A stretch of 64,000 nucleotides of DNA from Candidatus Dormibacteria bacterium. GTDB taxonomy: Bacteria; Chloroflexota; Dormibacteria; Aeolococcales; Bog-877. Made by a program: the position numbers and the translations under genes. The notes beneath the pieces are model-generated. The model worked only from the letters and a program-made list of their open reading frames with translations, did no database searches and had not been told where the DNA came from. The stretch covers positions 140 to 64,139 of the forward strand of contig JBOHUL010000021.1 in assembly GCA_050734425.1 (NCBI GenBank). Direction: 5' to 3'. Shown here one piece after another: positions 9,077-18,691 of the stretch (positions are counted from its first letter, which is position 1; every line of letters starts with the position of its first letter).

Positions 9077-10110
9077 GCCGCGACTCCGTCGGGCGCGCGG
9101 CACTGTGGCGGAGTAGCGAGCTCCTCTGGACGCGGCATCGCCTCCAGCGCCTGGCAGGGCTCGGACTGGCGTTCCTGCTCCTCGGCGGCCTCAGCGGGTG
9201 CGGGACCCCTCCGCCGGCGCGACACGCCAGGGTGCGCCAGACCGCGTCGCCGACGCTCAGTCCCTCGCCCAGCCCGACCGGGGCAGCAGCACAGCTTCCC
9301 CACATACTTGTGATCGTCGACGAGAACCGCGGCTACGCCGCCACCCAGACCGACTGTGGCAGCGACAACTCCTACTTCTGCCAGCTGGCGGCGGAATACG
9401 CGTCGGTGGCGCCTTGGTACGGGGTCACCCATCCCAGCCAGCCCAACTACCTGGCCCTGATCAGTGGCTCCACCCAGGGCTGCACCTCCGACGGCTGCAG
9501 CGGCCCCTATGGGGGGGCCAACCTGGGCTGGCAGCTGACCCAGGCCGACATCCCCTGGGCCGCCTACATGGAGTCCATGCCCAGCCCCTGCTACCAGGGA
9601 GACTCAGCTGGCGAGTACGCCCGCAAGCATGACCCCTTCGTCGTCTTCCAGGACCTCCAGGGCAGCGCCTGCAGCGACCACGTCCTGCCGTATCCCGGGG
9701 CCTCGGGACTGGTGCGGGCCCTGGAGGGGCCAGCCGCGCCGGACTTCGTCTGGATCACCCCCAACCTCCTCGACGACATGCACGACGGCAGCGTCGCCGA
9801 GGGCAACGCCTGGCTCGCGGCCAACCTGGGGCCGGTCCTGAACTCGACCTGGTTCACCCAGTTCCCCGGCACGGTAATCGTCACCGAGGACGAGAACGAC
9901 GCCGAGCCCGGGGGCGGCTGCTGCGGCGAGGCTCAGGGGGGCCAGGTCCCCCAGCTGGTGATCTCCCAGCGGGCTCGGGGCAAGGGGGCGGTAGCTGCGA
10001 CCGGCGATCACTACGGCACGCTGCGCACCATCGAGGAGGCCTACAACCTGCCGCTGCTGGGGGGCGCGGCCCAAGCGGCCAATGGCGACCTGACCAGCCT
10101 CTTCGGCTGA
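9073..10110 (+). CDS. Secreted or lipoprotein phosphoesterase-family enzyme (acid phosphatase / phospholipase C-like)
   Basis: GTG 9073 overlaps the DinB stop as GTGA. It has a lipobox-like signal (LAFLLLGGLSGCG) followed by HILVIVDENRGY, PSQPNYLALISGS and FVWITPNLLDDMHDG. Confidence 0.7.
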   Translation: MSRDSVGRAALWRSSELLWTRHRLQRLAGLGLAFLLLGGLSGCGTPPPARHARVRQTASPTLSPSPSPTGAAAQLPHILVIVDENRGYAATQTDCGSDNSYFCQLAAEYASVAPWYGVTHPSQPNYLALISGSTQGCTSDGCSGPYGGANLGWQLTQADIPWAAYMESMPSPCYQGDSAGEYARKHDPFVVFQDLQGSACSDHVLPYPGASGLVRALEGPAAPDFVWITPNLLDDMHDGSVAEGNAWLAANLGPVLNSTWFTQFPGTVIVTEDENDAEPGGGCCGEAQGGQVPQLVISQRARGKGAVAATGDHYGTLRTIEEAYNLPLLGGAAQAANGDLTSLFG

Positions 10111-10111
10111 A

Positions 10112-10130
10112 CTCCGCTGTCCGAGCGGAG
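10112..10130. terminator. Short hairpin between convergent genes
   Basis: CTCCGCT-gtccg-AGCGGAG forms a 7-bp stem in the 28-nt gap between the convergent stops at 10110 and 10139. There is no T-tract. Confidence 0.3.
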
Positions 10131-10138
10131 GCCCGTGG

Positions 10139-12085
10139 TCAGCTGCTCTCTACGGGCTCCCCGGCGGCCTGTCGCAGCTGCTCCGCCGCGTGGGGAAAGG
10201 GGCACTTGCCGGTGGGCTCATCCTCACCCGAGGGCTCCGGCAGCCCCGCTGCGGGCTCGGCCGCCTGCGAGCCCTGCTGGTACCCCGGGGTGGTTCCCTC
10301 CTCCCGGGGCCGCAGCCGAGCCACGGTGGGCGACGCCTCGCGGGGCACGTAGCGGCCGCCGCGGCCACCGGCGGCGAACGTCAGGAGCGCCTCATCCACC
10401 GGGCCTTCGACGGAGGTCGCCGGGTCGAAGCCCTGGCCCCCGGCGGGATCCTCTTCTCCGGCCCCCTCCTCCAAGGGAGTGCGATGGGGCTGCGCGTTGG
10501 CCGCCCTGCCCAGCTCGGGGGCGATCACGGGCTCCGCCACCTGGAGGGTCACAATCGCAAGTCGCCTGGTCCGGGCCACCTTCTCCACCTTGGCCTTGAT
10601 CCGGCGCCGGAGGTAGCCGGCAGGCATCTCGTGGAGCAGGTTGCGGGCCTCGGTCGACCAGCCGATCTTGCGGTTGTCGAAGGTCAGTTCGTCGGTCACC
10701 TCGCCCTCGTGCTGGGCGGCCTCCATCAGGCTCTGGTGGTCGACGCGGGAGAACTGTTCCGGCGCTCCCTGGCACACGGGACAGGCGACCGGCCTGGTCC
10801 CTCTGGCGGTGTAGCCGCACTCGCGGCACACGTGGACCTCAAGCTCGCCCTCGTCCCCCCGGCCAGAGGACCCCTCCACCCCAATCGCCGCCGCCGCCTC
10901 CGGGGGGAGGATGTCGCCGAGGGCCTCGCTGACGATGTCCTGGGAGATGATCGAGTGGCCCCGCTCCATGGCCCAGCGCAGCACCGCGGTCCGGGAGAGG
11001 CCCTGGGCCGAGCAGGGGATGCGCTCGATCACCGAGTTGGCCTCCGGGGTCCAGACCACCTGGGCGGCGCCGCGGACGTCGATCGGGGGGACGTAGGTGC
11101 GGGAGGAGAGCAGCACGCTGCAGGGGGCCAGCCGGAGCAGGTTCTCGGTGTTGCCGCCGATGTCCATCTGCTCATCCGAGTGGACCCCGATCCGACCCAC
11201 GACCAGGATCGAGGCGTCCTTCTCCCTGACATAGCGCAGCACCTGCTCGAAGGCTTTGCCGTCGAGCAGGGTGATGGGCAGGTCGACCCCCTCGGCCCGG
11301 GCCACCTCCTTGGCCACCTTGAGGTGGGAGGAGTAGATCATGGCCAAGCCGGTGTCGATGATCTCCTCGTGGAGCGCCTCCTGCTCCTTGAAGCGGAAGA
11401 CCTTGCTCGCCTTCTCGGAGAGGACACCGACGATGCCGTTGAAGAGCACGTAGTGGAGGTACGGGTCGTAGACCGAGACCGCCTCCACCTTGCGGCCCAG
11501 CGCCCGACCCAGCTCCAGGGCGGTGCGGAGCCCGGCGAAGGACTGGGGTGAGCCGTCGATGGCGACCACGATCGGCCCCTCCACCTGCCCCTCGCCACGG
11601 TGGCGGACGACGAGGGTGTCGCGGTGGGCCCGGCGCACCACCCGGTCGACGCAGGTCCCGACCTGGGTCTCCTTGACCTGGCCCAGGCCGCAGGCCCCCA
11701 TCAGAACCAGGTCGTAGTCGGAGTCCTGGATGTCCTTGACCAGGACCTCCCAGTTCTTGCCGTCGAAGGTCTTGGGGGTGAAGCGGATGCCCTCCTCCAG
11801 GCAGCGCTTCTGGGTAGTGTCGAGATAGCTGTCGGAGATGAGCTGGAGGCCGTTGGTGATCAGGCTGTCGTGGATCTTGCGCTGGCGCTCCAGCTCGACC
11901 TCGTCTTGGTACTCCTCGGGGAGGGTGTACTCCATCTGCTTGAAGCGGTAGTCGTGGAGCCGGGCGGCATAGACGTGGCAGCCTACGATCTCGGCGCCGT
12001 CGTGGCGGGCCAGCTGGATGGCCAGCTCGGCCGCAGCCTGGGAGTGGTCCGAGTTGTCGAGCGGTAGGTAGAGCTTGCGGTACAC
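10139..12085 (-). CDS. Multidomain universal-stress-protein family protein (tandem USP, two PCP_red-like modules, CxxC zinc ribbon)
   Basis: 648 aa. The N-terminus has two USP-like alpha/beta domains (MYRKLYLPLDNSDHS..., IVVAIDGSPQS...). These are followed by IPCSAQGLSRTAVLRWAMERGH, then HVCRECGY...CPVCQG, then ARNLLHEMPAGYLRRRIKAKVEKVA. Confidence 0.75.
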   Translation of the reverse strand: MYRKLYLPLDNSDHSQAAAELAIQLARHDGAEIVGCHVYAARLHDYRFKQMEYTLPEEYQDEVELERQRKIHDSLITNGLQLISDSYLDTTQKRCLEEGIRFTPKTFDGKNWEVLVKDIQDSDYDLVLMGACGLGQVKETQVGTCVDRVVRRAHRDTLVVRHRGEGQVEGPIVVAIDGSPQSFAGLRTALELGRALGRKVEAVSVYDPYLHYVLFNGIVGVLSEKASKVFRFKEQEALHEEIIDTGLAMIYSSHLKVAKEVARAEGVDLPITLLDGKAFEQVLRYVREKDASILVVGRIGVHSDEQMDIGGNTENLLRLAPCSVLLSSRTYVPPIDVRGAAQVVWTPEANSVIERIPCSAQGLSRTAVLRWAMERGHSIISQDIVSEALGDILPPEAAAAIGVEGSSGRGDEGELEVHVCRECGYTARGTRPVACPVCQGAPEQFSRVDHQSLMEAAQHEGEVTDELTFDNRKIGWSTEARNLLHEMPAGYLRRRIKAKVEKVARTRRLAIVTLQVAEPVIAPELGRAANAQPHRTPLEEGAGEEDPAGGQGFDPATSVEGPVDEALLTFAAGGRGGRYVPREASPTVARLRPREEGTTPGYQQGSQAAEPAAGLPEPSGEDEPTGKCPFPHAAEQLRQAAGEPVESS

Positions 12086-12132
12086 CTTGCTTCCGGCAGT
12101 TCCAGCGGCGACCCTGACCCCGATCCTAGCAA

Positions 12133-13593
12133 CTAGGGTTGGGCCCAGGGGCCGAGTCGGCGCCGGAGCCCCCTGGCGAAGGCGAGGTGGCCCGAGGTTA
12201 GCCGGCCGGCTTCGCGCAGGGCGGCCTCGGTCGCCTGGGGCCCGGGGGCGCCGGGCTGCTCCCGGCGCCGGAGCGACACCGCCGGCTGGAGCAGCTGGGC
12301 GGCCTCCTCCTCCGAGCGCAGCCCCAGCCGGGCCCAGGACTCCCTGACCAGGCGGTCGAGCCCGACCCGTCTGTGCTCCGCCTCCGCCACCAGGGCCGCC
12401 ACTCGGGCGTGGGCCCGGCGGAAGGGGACCCCGGCCAGGACCAGGTGCTCCGCCAGGTCTGTGGCCAGGATCTGGGGGTCCTGCGCGGCCGCGCGCATCG
12501 GCTCCCGGTTGAACTGGATCTCCGCCAGGAGCGGGGCCAGCACCTCCAGCCCCTCCAGCACCGACCCCACCGCCTGGTTGAGATGGACCCGATCCTCCTG
12601 GAGGTCACGGTCGTAGCTGAGGGGAAGCCCCTTCAGCACGGTGAGGATCCCTACCAGCGCCCCCACCGCCCGCCCGCTCCGGCCCCGAAGCAGCTCCAGC
12701 AGGTCTGGGTTCTTCTTCTGCGGCATCAGACTGGACCCGGTGGCCCAGCGGTCGGGCAGGGAGATGAAGCCGAACTCCTGGGTGTTCCAGATCACGAAGT
12801 CCTCAGCCAGGCGCGAGAGGTGGAGGGCGACCAGGCTGCAGGCGAAGACCAGCTCGATCACGAAGTCGCGGTCGGAGACGGCGTCGATGCTGTTGCGACT
12901 CACGCGGCTGAAACCCAGCTCGCGCGCTTGGGCGCGCCGGTCCAGGTCCAGGGTGGTGCCCGCCAGCGCCCCCGAGCCCAGAGGCGAGCTGTCGCAGCGC
13001 CGGTCCAGGTCCCGCAGTCGCTGCTGGTCCCGCTCCAGCATCTCGAAATAGGCCAGGAGCTGGTGGGCTAGATGCACCGGTTGGGCCCGCTGCAAGTGGG
13101 TGTAGCCAGGCAGCAGGGTGGCCCGCTGCTGCCTCGCCCGTTGGATCAGCACCCGCTGCACCAGGCCCAGCTGGAGCATCAGGCGGCAGGTGGCGAGGCG
13201 GCACCAGAGCCGGAGGTCGAGGGCGATCTGGTCGTTGCGGCTGCGGCCGGCGTGGAGCCGTTCCCCGGGCTCGCCCACCAGCTCCACCAGCCGCCGCTCC
13301 ACCGCCATGTGGATGTCCTCGTCCGTGTCGCGGAAGGGGAACTCCTCGCGACTCAGTTCGGCCCCCACCCGCGCCAGCCCCTCCTCGATCGCCGCCAGCT
13401 CCGGCGAGGAGAGCAGGCCCGCCCGCGCCAGCGCCCGCGCCTGGGCCCGGGACCCGGCCAGGTCCGCCGCGGCCAGGTCCAGGTCCTGGGGCAGGGAGGT
13501 GGAGAAGCGCTCCAGGCGGGCGTCGGTGCCGCCGGGAAGCCGGCCCTGCCAGGCGTGGGCCTGGGCCCCGCCCGCCTCACCCGGTTTGGCCAT
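12133..13593 (-). CDS. argH: Argininosuccinate lyase
   Basis: 486 aa with the fumarate-lyase signature GSSLMPQKKNPD and ArgH-typical blocks. Confidence 0.95.
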   Translation of the reverse strand: MAKPGEAGGAQAHAWQGRLPGGTDARLERFSTSLPQDLDLAAADLAGSRAQARALARAGLLSSPELAAIEEGLARVGAELSREEFPFRDTDEDIHMAVERRLVELVGEPGERLHAGRSRNDQIALDLRLWCRLATCRLMLQLGLVQRVLIQRARQQRATLLPGYTHLQRAQPVHLAHQLLAYFEMLERDQQRLRDLDRRCDSSPLGSGALAGTTLDLDRRAQARELGFSRVSRNSIDAVSDRDFVIELVFACSLVALHLSRLAEDFVIWNTQEFGFISLPDRWATGSSLMPQKKNPDLLELLRGRSGRAVGALVGILTVLKGLPLSYDRDLQEDRVHLNQAVGSVLEGLEVLAPLLAEIQFNREPMRAAAQDPQILATDLAEHLVLAGVPFRRAHARVAALVAEAEHRRVGLDRLVRESWARLGLRSEEEAAQLLQPAVSLRRREQPGAPGPQATEAALREAGRLTSGHLAFARGLRRRLGPWAQP

Positions 13594-14908
13594 GGCTCTT
13601 GACTGCCTCGTCGAGCTTGCCGGAGATCCCCCGGGGGACCTGGGGCAGCAGCGGCCGATTCAACTCCTCGAGCGTGCCCTGGGCCGCGGCCTGGGTGCGC
13701 AGCGGCAGCCCGAAGATCTCGAGAAAGCCCTGGGCGGCCTCGTGGCGGAAGCGGTCCCCGCCACGCTCGTAGGTGGCGAGGTCGTGGCGGTAGAGGGAGT
13801 GGGGCGACTTCCGCCCCTGGACTGTGACCGCGCCCTGGCGCAGGCGCAGCCGAACTTCACCGGTGACGAAGCGCTGGGTGGTGGAGACGAAGGCGGCCAG
13901 GCCCTGGCGCAAAGCGGAGAACCAGAGGCCGTCATAGGTCAGCTGGGCCCACTCGTCCGCGACCAGGCGCTTGAATCGGCGCACGTCCTTGGTCAGGGTC
14001 AAGCCCTCCAGCGCCCGGTGGGCAACGCCCAGGACCACCGCCGCCGGGGCCTCGTAGACCTCACGGGACTTGATTCCCACCAGGCGGTCCTCGATGTGAT
14101 CTATCCGCCCTACCCCCTGGGCCCCCGCCAACCGGTTGAGGCGACCCACCAGCTCGACGGCGTCAAGCTCCTCGCCGTCCAGCGTGCGAGGGATCCCCTC
14201 CTCGAAGCCCAAGGCCAGTTCCTGCCCGTCCGCCGGCGCCGCCGCCGGGGCCGTGGTCCAGGCGAAGGCATCGGGCGGCGGCTCCCGGTCCGGATCTTCC
14301 AGGGCCCCGGTCTCGACGCTGCGGCCCCAAAGGTTGGCGTCGACGCTGTAGGGGCTCTCTATGGTGGCGGTGACCTGGAGTCCATGCGCCCCGGCGTAGG
14401 CGATCTCGTCGCTGCGGCCCATACGCCACTCCCGGAGTGGCGCCACCACCTCCAGTGACGGGGCCAGGGCGGCGACCGCGACGTCGAAGCGGACCTGGTC
14501 GTTGCCCTTGGCGGTGCAGCCGTGGGCCACGGCCGTGGCGCCCACCTCGGCCGCGACCTCGACCAGGAGCCGGGCGATCAGGGGCCGGGCCAGCGCCGTC
14601 GCCAGCGGGTACTCCCCCTGGTACAGGGCTCCTGCCTGAAGGGTGGGGAAGGCGAAGCTGCTAATGAACGGTGCCTTGGCGTCGACAACGTGCGCCGCTC
14701 GGGCGCCCGCCCCCAGCGCCCGGCGCTGCAGCACCTCGGGCTCGCTGGTCTCGCCCAGGTCCACCGAGAGCGTCACCACCTCGAAGCCCCGCTCCTGGCT
14801 GAGCCAGTGGACGGCGACGGTGGTGTCCAGGCCGCCGGAGAAGGCGAGAACGCAGCGAGGCCGGCCGCCATCGGGCGCCGCCGGGCCCTGACCTGGGATC
14901 AGCGCCAT
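13577..14908 (-). CDS. argG: Argininosuccinate synthase
   Basis: VLAFSGGLDTTV (the ATP PPi-loop), AHGCTAKGNDQVRF, and 443 aa. Confidence 0.95.
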   Translation of the reverse strand: MALIPGQGPAAPDGGRPRCVLAFSGGLDTTVAVHWLSQERGFEVVTLSVDLGETSEPEVLQRRALGAGARAAHVVDAKAPFISSFAFPTLQAGALYQGEYPLATALARPLIARLLVEVAAEVGATAVAHGCTAKGNDQVRFDVAVAALAPSLEVVAPLREWRMGRSDEIAYAGAHGLQVTATIESPYSVDANLWGRSVETGALEDPDREPPPDAFAWTTAPAAAPADGQELALGFEEGIPRTLDGEELDAVELVGRLNRLAGAQGVGRIDHIEDRLVGIKSREVYEAPAAVVLGVAHRALEGLTLTKDVRRFKRLVADEWAQLTYDGLWFSALRQGLAAFVSTTQRFVTGEVRLRLRQGAVTVQGRKSPHSLYRHDLATYERGGDRFRHEAAQGFLEIFGLPLRTQAAAQGTLEELNRPLLPQVPRGISGKLDEAVKSHGQTG

Positions 14909-15375
14909 CTCAGCCCCCGCTGCCGCGCCTCCTCCAGCTGCCCAGCCAGGGCCCGGGCCGCGCCAATGGAGCGGCAGAGGGCGAAGACGGTGTCGTCCCC
15001 GGCGACGGTACCGGCCAGCGGCTCCCGCCCCAAGGCGTCGATGGCGGCGGCCACCACCTGGGCCCCCCCGGCCTGGGTGCGCAGGACGACGAAGACGCCC
15101 ACCACCTCCAGGCTCGCGAGCTGGGCCGCCAGGGTGACGGCAAGGTGGGATTCGCCGTTGCCGGGCTCGGCCGGGGGCAGGTAGCGGGTACCGCCAGCGA
15201 CCGGGACCCGGGCCACCTGGAGCTGACGCAGATCGCGGCTGATCGTGGCCTGGGTGGCGGGGATGCGGCGCCGCCTCAGCTCCTGGGCCAGCTCCTCCTG
15301 GGTCTGCACCGGCCTGCTGCGCAGCACTTCCAAGATCGCAGACTGCCGTGAGACCCGGTTGGGGGACATGATCAC
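14899..15375 (-). CDS. argR: Arginine repressor
   Basis: An N-terminal winged helix (RQSAILEVLRSRPVQTQEELAQEL...ATQATISRDLRQL) and a C-terminal oligomerisation domain (GTVAGDDTVF). It is embedded in the arg operon. Confidence 0.85.
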   Translation of the reverse strand: MIMSPNRVSRQSAILEVLRSRPVQTQEELAQELRRRRIPATQATISRDLRQLQVARVPVAGGTRYLPPAEPGNGESHLAVTLAAQLASLEVVGVFVVLRTQAGGAQVVAAAIDALGREPLAGTVAGDDTVFALCRSIGAARALAGQLEEARQRGLRWR

Positions 15376-16580
15376 GCGGCCGCGTCCGCCGCCCTGGCCA
15401 GCGCCCGCTCCAGGCCGGCCAGGGCCTGCTCCGCCTCCGCCTCGGTCAGGGTCAAGGGAGGGGCCAGGCGCAGGGTGGAGGCGCCGATGGGGTTGACCAG
15501 GAGCCCCTCCTCGAGTGCCACCGCCGCCACCGCCTGACCCAGGGGCCGGCTCAGACCCAGCCCCAAGAGGAGCCCCCTGCCCCGCACCTCCGCCACCGGC
15601 AGGCCCCGCTGGGCCAGCGCCCCCAGCCCCTGGCCGAGAAACTCCCCCAGGGCCAGGGCCCGCCCGGGGAGCGAGTCCCGCCGCAGGACCCTCAGGGTCG
15701 CCAGGCCCGCGGCGCAGGCGACCGGATTGCCGCCGAAGGTGCTGCCGTGGTCGCCGGGCTCCAGCACCTGGGCCCGGGGCCCGATCAGGAGCGCCCCCAG
15801 AGGCAGCCCCCCGCCCAACCCCTTGGCGGCCGTCATCAGGTCAGGGACGATACCCGCTCGCTGGTGGGCCCACATGGTCCCGGTCCGTCCCATCCCACAC
15901 TGGATCTCGTCCAGTATCAGGAGGGCCTGGTGGCGGTCGCACAGCTCTCTCAGGCCCCTCAGGTACTCGTCCCCCAGCTCGTGGACGCCGCTCTCCCCCT
16001 GGATCGGCTCCACCATCACCGCCACCGCCGGGCGCTCGTCGTCGGCTAGGGCTCGCTCCACCGCCCCCAGGTCGCCACGGGGCAACTGGCGGAACCCCTG
16101 GGGCAGGGGCTCGAAGGGTTCGCTGTAGGCCTTCTGGCCCGTGGCCGCCAGGGCGCCGAGGGTCCGGCCGTGGAAGGCGCCCTCCAGGGTCAGGATGTGG
16201 AAGGCGCCCTGGCGCCGGCGGCGGCCCCACTTGCGGGCCACCTTGATCGCCGCCTCGTTGACCTCGGCCCCGCTGTTGGCGAAGAAGACCTGGGACGGGA
16301 AGGCGGACCCGACCAGCTCCTCTGCAAGCTCCAGCTGGGCCGGGACGAAGTAGAGGTTGCTGCAGTGGAGCAGCCGCCCCAGCTGGGCCGAGGCGGCCGC
16401 CACCACCTCGGGATGGCAGTGGCCCAGCACGTTGACCGCGATCCCGCCGACCAGGTCCAGGAGCCGTCTCCCGTCGTCGGTCTCCACCCAGGCCCCCTGG
16501 CCTCGGACCAGGGTCAGAGGCAGGCGGCGGTAGACCGGGGCCAGGAAGCGGGCCTGCGAGGGCGGCAGCGCCTCAGCCAT
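15372..16580 (-). CDS. argD: Acetylornithine aminotransferase
   Basis: Class III PLP aminotransferase motifs (FFANSGAEVNEAAIK, LILDEIQCGMGRTG, TFGGNP) in an arg-operon context. Confidence 0.9.
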   Translation of the reverse strand: MAEALPPSQARFLAPVYRRLPLTLVRGQGAWVETDDGRRLLDLVGGIAVNVLGHCHPEVVAAASAQLGRLLHCSNLYFVPAQLELAEELVGSAFPSQVFFANSGAEVNEAAIKVARKWGRRRRQGAFHILTLEGAFHGRTLGALAATGQKAYSEPFEPLPQGFRQLPRGDLGAVERALADDERPAVAVMVEPIQGESGVHELGDEYLRGLRELCDRHQALLILDEIQCGMGRTGTMWAHQRAGIVPDLMTAAKGLGGGLPLGALLIGPRAQVLEPGDHGSTFGGNPVACAAGLATLRVLRRDSLPGRALALGEFLGQGLGALAQRGLPVAEVRGRGLLLGLGLSRPLGQAVAAVALEEGLLVNPIGASTLRLAPPLTLTEAEAEQALAGLERALARAADAAA

Positions 16581-17361
16581 CGCCGCCCTCCTGCTCGATC
16601 ATCGTCCCGACCCCGGCCTCGGTCAGCAGCTCCAAGAGGAGCGAGTGGGGCTGGCGCCCGTCGACCACGTGGACGGTGACCCCGGCCGCCGCGGCGCTGC
16701 AGGCCGCCTCGAGCTTGGGGATCATGCCCGCGCTGGCTGCGCCACCTTGGAGAAGCCCCCGGGCGCCCTCGACGCTGAGCCGGCTCTGCAGGACGCCCTG
16801 CTTGTCCAGCACCCCGGGGACGTCGGTGAGGAGCAGGAGCTTCTCGGCCCCGAGCTCCACCGCCAGGCGCGCGGCCAGGGCGTCGGCGTTGACGTTGTAA
16901 GCGGCACCGTCGTAGCCCAGGCCCACCGAGGCCACGACCGGGATCAGCCCGCGCTCTGTCAACGCCAATACCGGCTCGGGATTGACCTCCTCGATCTCCC
17001 CCACCTGGCCCAGGTCCTCGCCCGCGGGACCCGGGCGGCGGCGGACCAGGATGCTGGGGCCGTCCTCTCCGGAGAGGCCCATGGCGTTGCCTCCCAGGCG
17101 GTGGATGGCACCCACCAGATCGGGGTTGATCTTGCCGGTCAAGACCATCCTCGCCACCTCCATCGTGCGGGCGTCGGTCACCCGCAGGCCGGCGACGAAG
17201 CGGGTCTCGAGCCCCAGCTCCTGGGCCAGGGCCGTGATCTCCCGGCCGCCCCCGTGGACCAGCACCGGGCGCATCCCGACGAAGCGCAGCAGGACCAGGT
17301 CCTGGAGGACGGAGTCGCGCGGGGGCCCCGGTTCCACCGCCGCCCCCCCCAGCTTCACCAC
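16573..17361 (-). CDS. argB: Acetylglutamate kinase. Coordinates run to the first canonical start, but the true start is probably upstream.
   Basis: VVKLGGAAVE..., GGGREIT, VNADALA. The conserved AEVLAEALPYIRRFRDQLL block is encoded in frame at 17362-17430, where no ATG/GTG/TTG exists (see findings). Confidence 0.9.
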   Translation of the reverse strand: MVKLGGAAVEPGPPRDSVLQDLVLLRFVGMRPVLVHGGGREITALAQELGLETRFVAGLRVTDARTMEVARMVLTGKINPDLVGAIHRLGGNAMGLSGEDGPSILVRRRPGPAGEDLGQVGEIEEVNPEPVLALTERGLIPVVASVGLGYDGAAYNVNADALAARLAVELGAEKLLLLTDVPGVLDKQGVLQSRLSVEGARGLLQGGAASAGMIPKLEAACSAAAAGVTVHVVDGRQPHSLLLELLTEAGVGTMIEQEGGDG

Positions 17362-17458
17362 CAGGAGCTGGTCGCGAAAGCGCCGGATGTAGGGCAGCGC
17401 CTCAGCCAGAACCTCGGCGCGGCGGAGAGCCGCCGCCGGCGACTCGGGCGGGCTCAGC

Positions 17459-18691
17459 TCAGGTGGAGTAGTCAGCGTTGATCCTCACGTAATCGGAGCT
17501 GAGATCACAGCCCAGCGCGCGGGCCTGGGCCTCCCCCACCCCCAGGTCGATCTCGATCTGGACGTCGTCCCGGCGCAGCGCCGCGGCCACGGTCTTGGGC
17601 GCGACCTCGGTCGGCCGCCCCTGGGCGAAGAGGAGGTGGCCCGCCATCGAGAGGCGGCAGCGGTCCAGGGCCAGCTCGGCACCGCTCCGGCCCACCGCCA
17701 TCAGCACCCGGCCCCAGTTGGGATCGGCGCCGTGGACGGCGGATTTGACCAAAGGGGAGCTGGTCACGGTCCGGGCCGCCGCCAGCGCCTGCTCCGGCGT
17801 CTCCGCCCCCCGGACCAAGACCGAGAAGGTCCGTGTCGCCCCCTCGCCGTCGGCGACGACCTGCCGGGCCAGGGCCTGGAGCACCTCCTCCAGGGCCCAG
17901 CCCAGCCGCTTCAGGCCCTCCGAACCCTCCGTCAGCTCCGGACCCCGGGCGGCACCGTTGGCGAGGCAGATGCAGGAGTCGTTGGTGCTGGTGTCGCCAT
18001 CGATGCTGATGGTGTTGAGGCTGAGGTCGACCGCGCGTCCCAGCAACCCTCGCAGCGCCAACGGGCTCAGCCGGGCGTCGGTGGTGACGAAGGCCAGCAG
18101 GGTGGCCATGTCGGGATGGATCATCCCCGCCCCCTTGGCCATCCCACCCACCCGGTGGGAGATGCCTGCCGCCTGGAAGTGACAGCTCGCCTCCTTGGGC
18201 CGGGTGTCGGTGGTCATGATGGCCGCCGCCGCCAGCGGGCCACCCTCCGGGGTCAGATCCTGCCCGGCGCCAAGGATCGCCTGCCGCACCCGTTCCAGCG
18301 GCAGCTCCCGACCGATTACCCCAGTAGAGGCCACCAGCACCTCCTGGGGCGAGCAGTCGACCGCATCGGCCGTGGTCTGGACCATGAGCAAGGCGTCGGC
18401 CAATCCCTGGGCACCGGTGCAGGCGTTGGCATTGCCACTGTTGACCACGATCGCTCGGGCGAACCCCCGCCGCAGATGCAGCTGGCTCACCACCACCGGC
18501 GCCGCCTTGACCCGGTTGCGGGTGAAGACGCCGGCGGCCGCCGCCCTCTCTTTGCTCACCAGCAAGGCAACGTCCGGACGCGCCGACCCGGCCCCCCGGA
18601 TGTCTGCGCAGGCGACTCCCGCGAGAAAGCCTCGGGGTGCCGTCACGCCGAGACCTCGGGTGGGCGAGTCCAAAGCCGGGCTCAGGGCCAC
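17459..18691 (-). CDS. argJ: Bifunctional ornithine acetyltransferase / N-acetylglutamate synthase
   Basis: GVTAPRGFLAGVACADIRG..., the autoprocessing region MATLLAFVTTDA, and a C-terminus INADYST. I placed the start at GTG 18691, overlapping the end of argC. The 600-aa ORF-track version is an over-extension. Confidence 0.9.
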   Translation of the reverse strand: MALSPALDSPTRGLGVTAPRGFLAGVACADIRGAGSARPDVALLVSKERAAAAGVFTRNRVKAAPVVVSQLHLRRGFARAIVVNSGNANACTGAQGLADALLMVQTTADAVDCSPQEVLVASTGVIGRELPLERVRQAILGAGQDLTPEGGPLAAAAIMTTDTRPKEASCHFQAAGISHRVGGMAKGAGMIHPDMATLLAFVTTDARLSPLALRGLLGRAVDLSLNTISIDGDTSTNDSCICLANGAARGPELTEGSEGLKRLGWALEEVLQALARQVVADGEGATRTFSVLVRGAETPEQALAAARTVTSSPLVKSAVHGADPNWGRVLMAVGRSGAELALDRCRLSMAGHLLFAQGRPTEVAPKTVAAALRRDDVQIEIDLGVGEAQARALGCDLSSDYVRINADYST

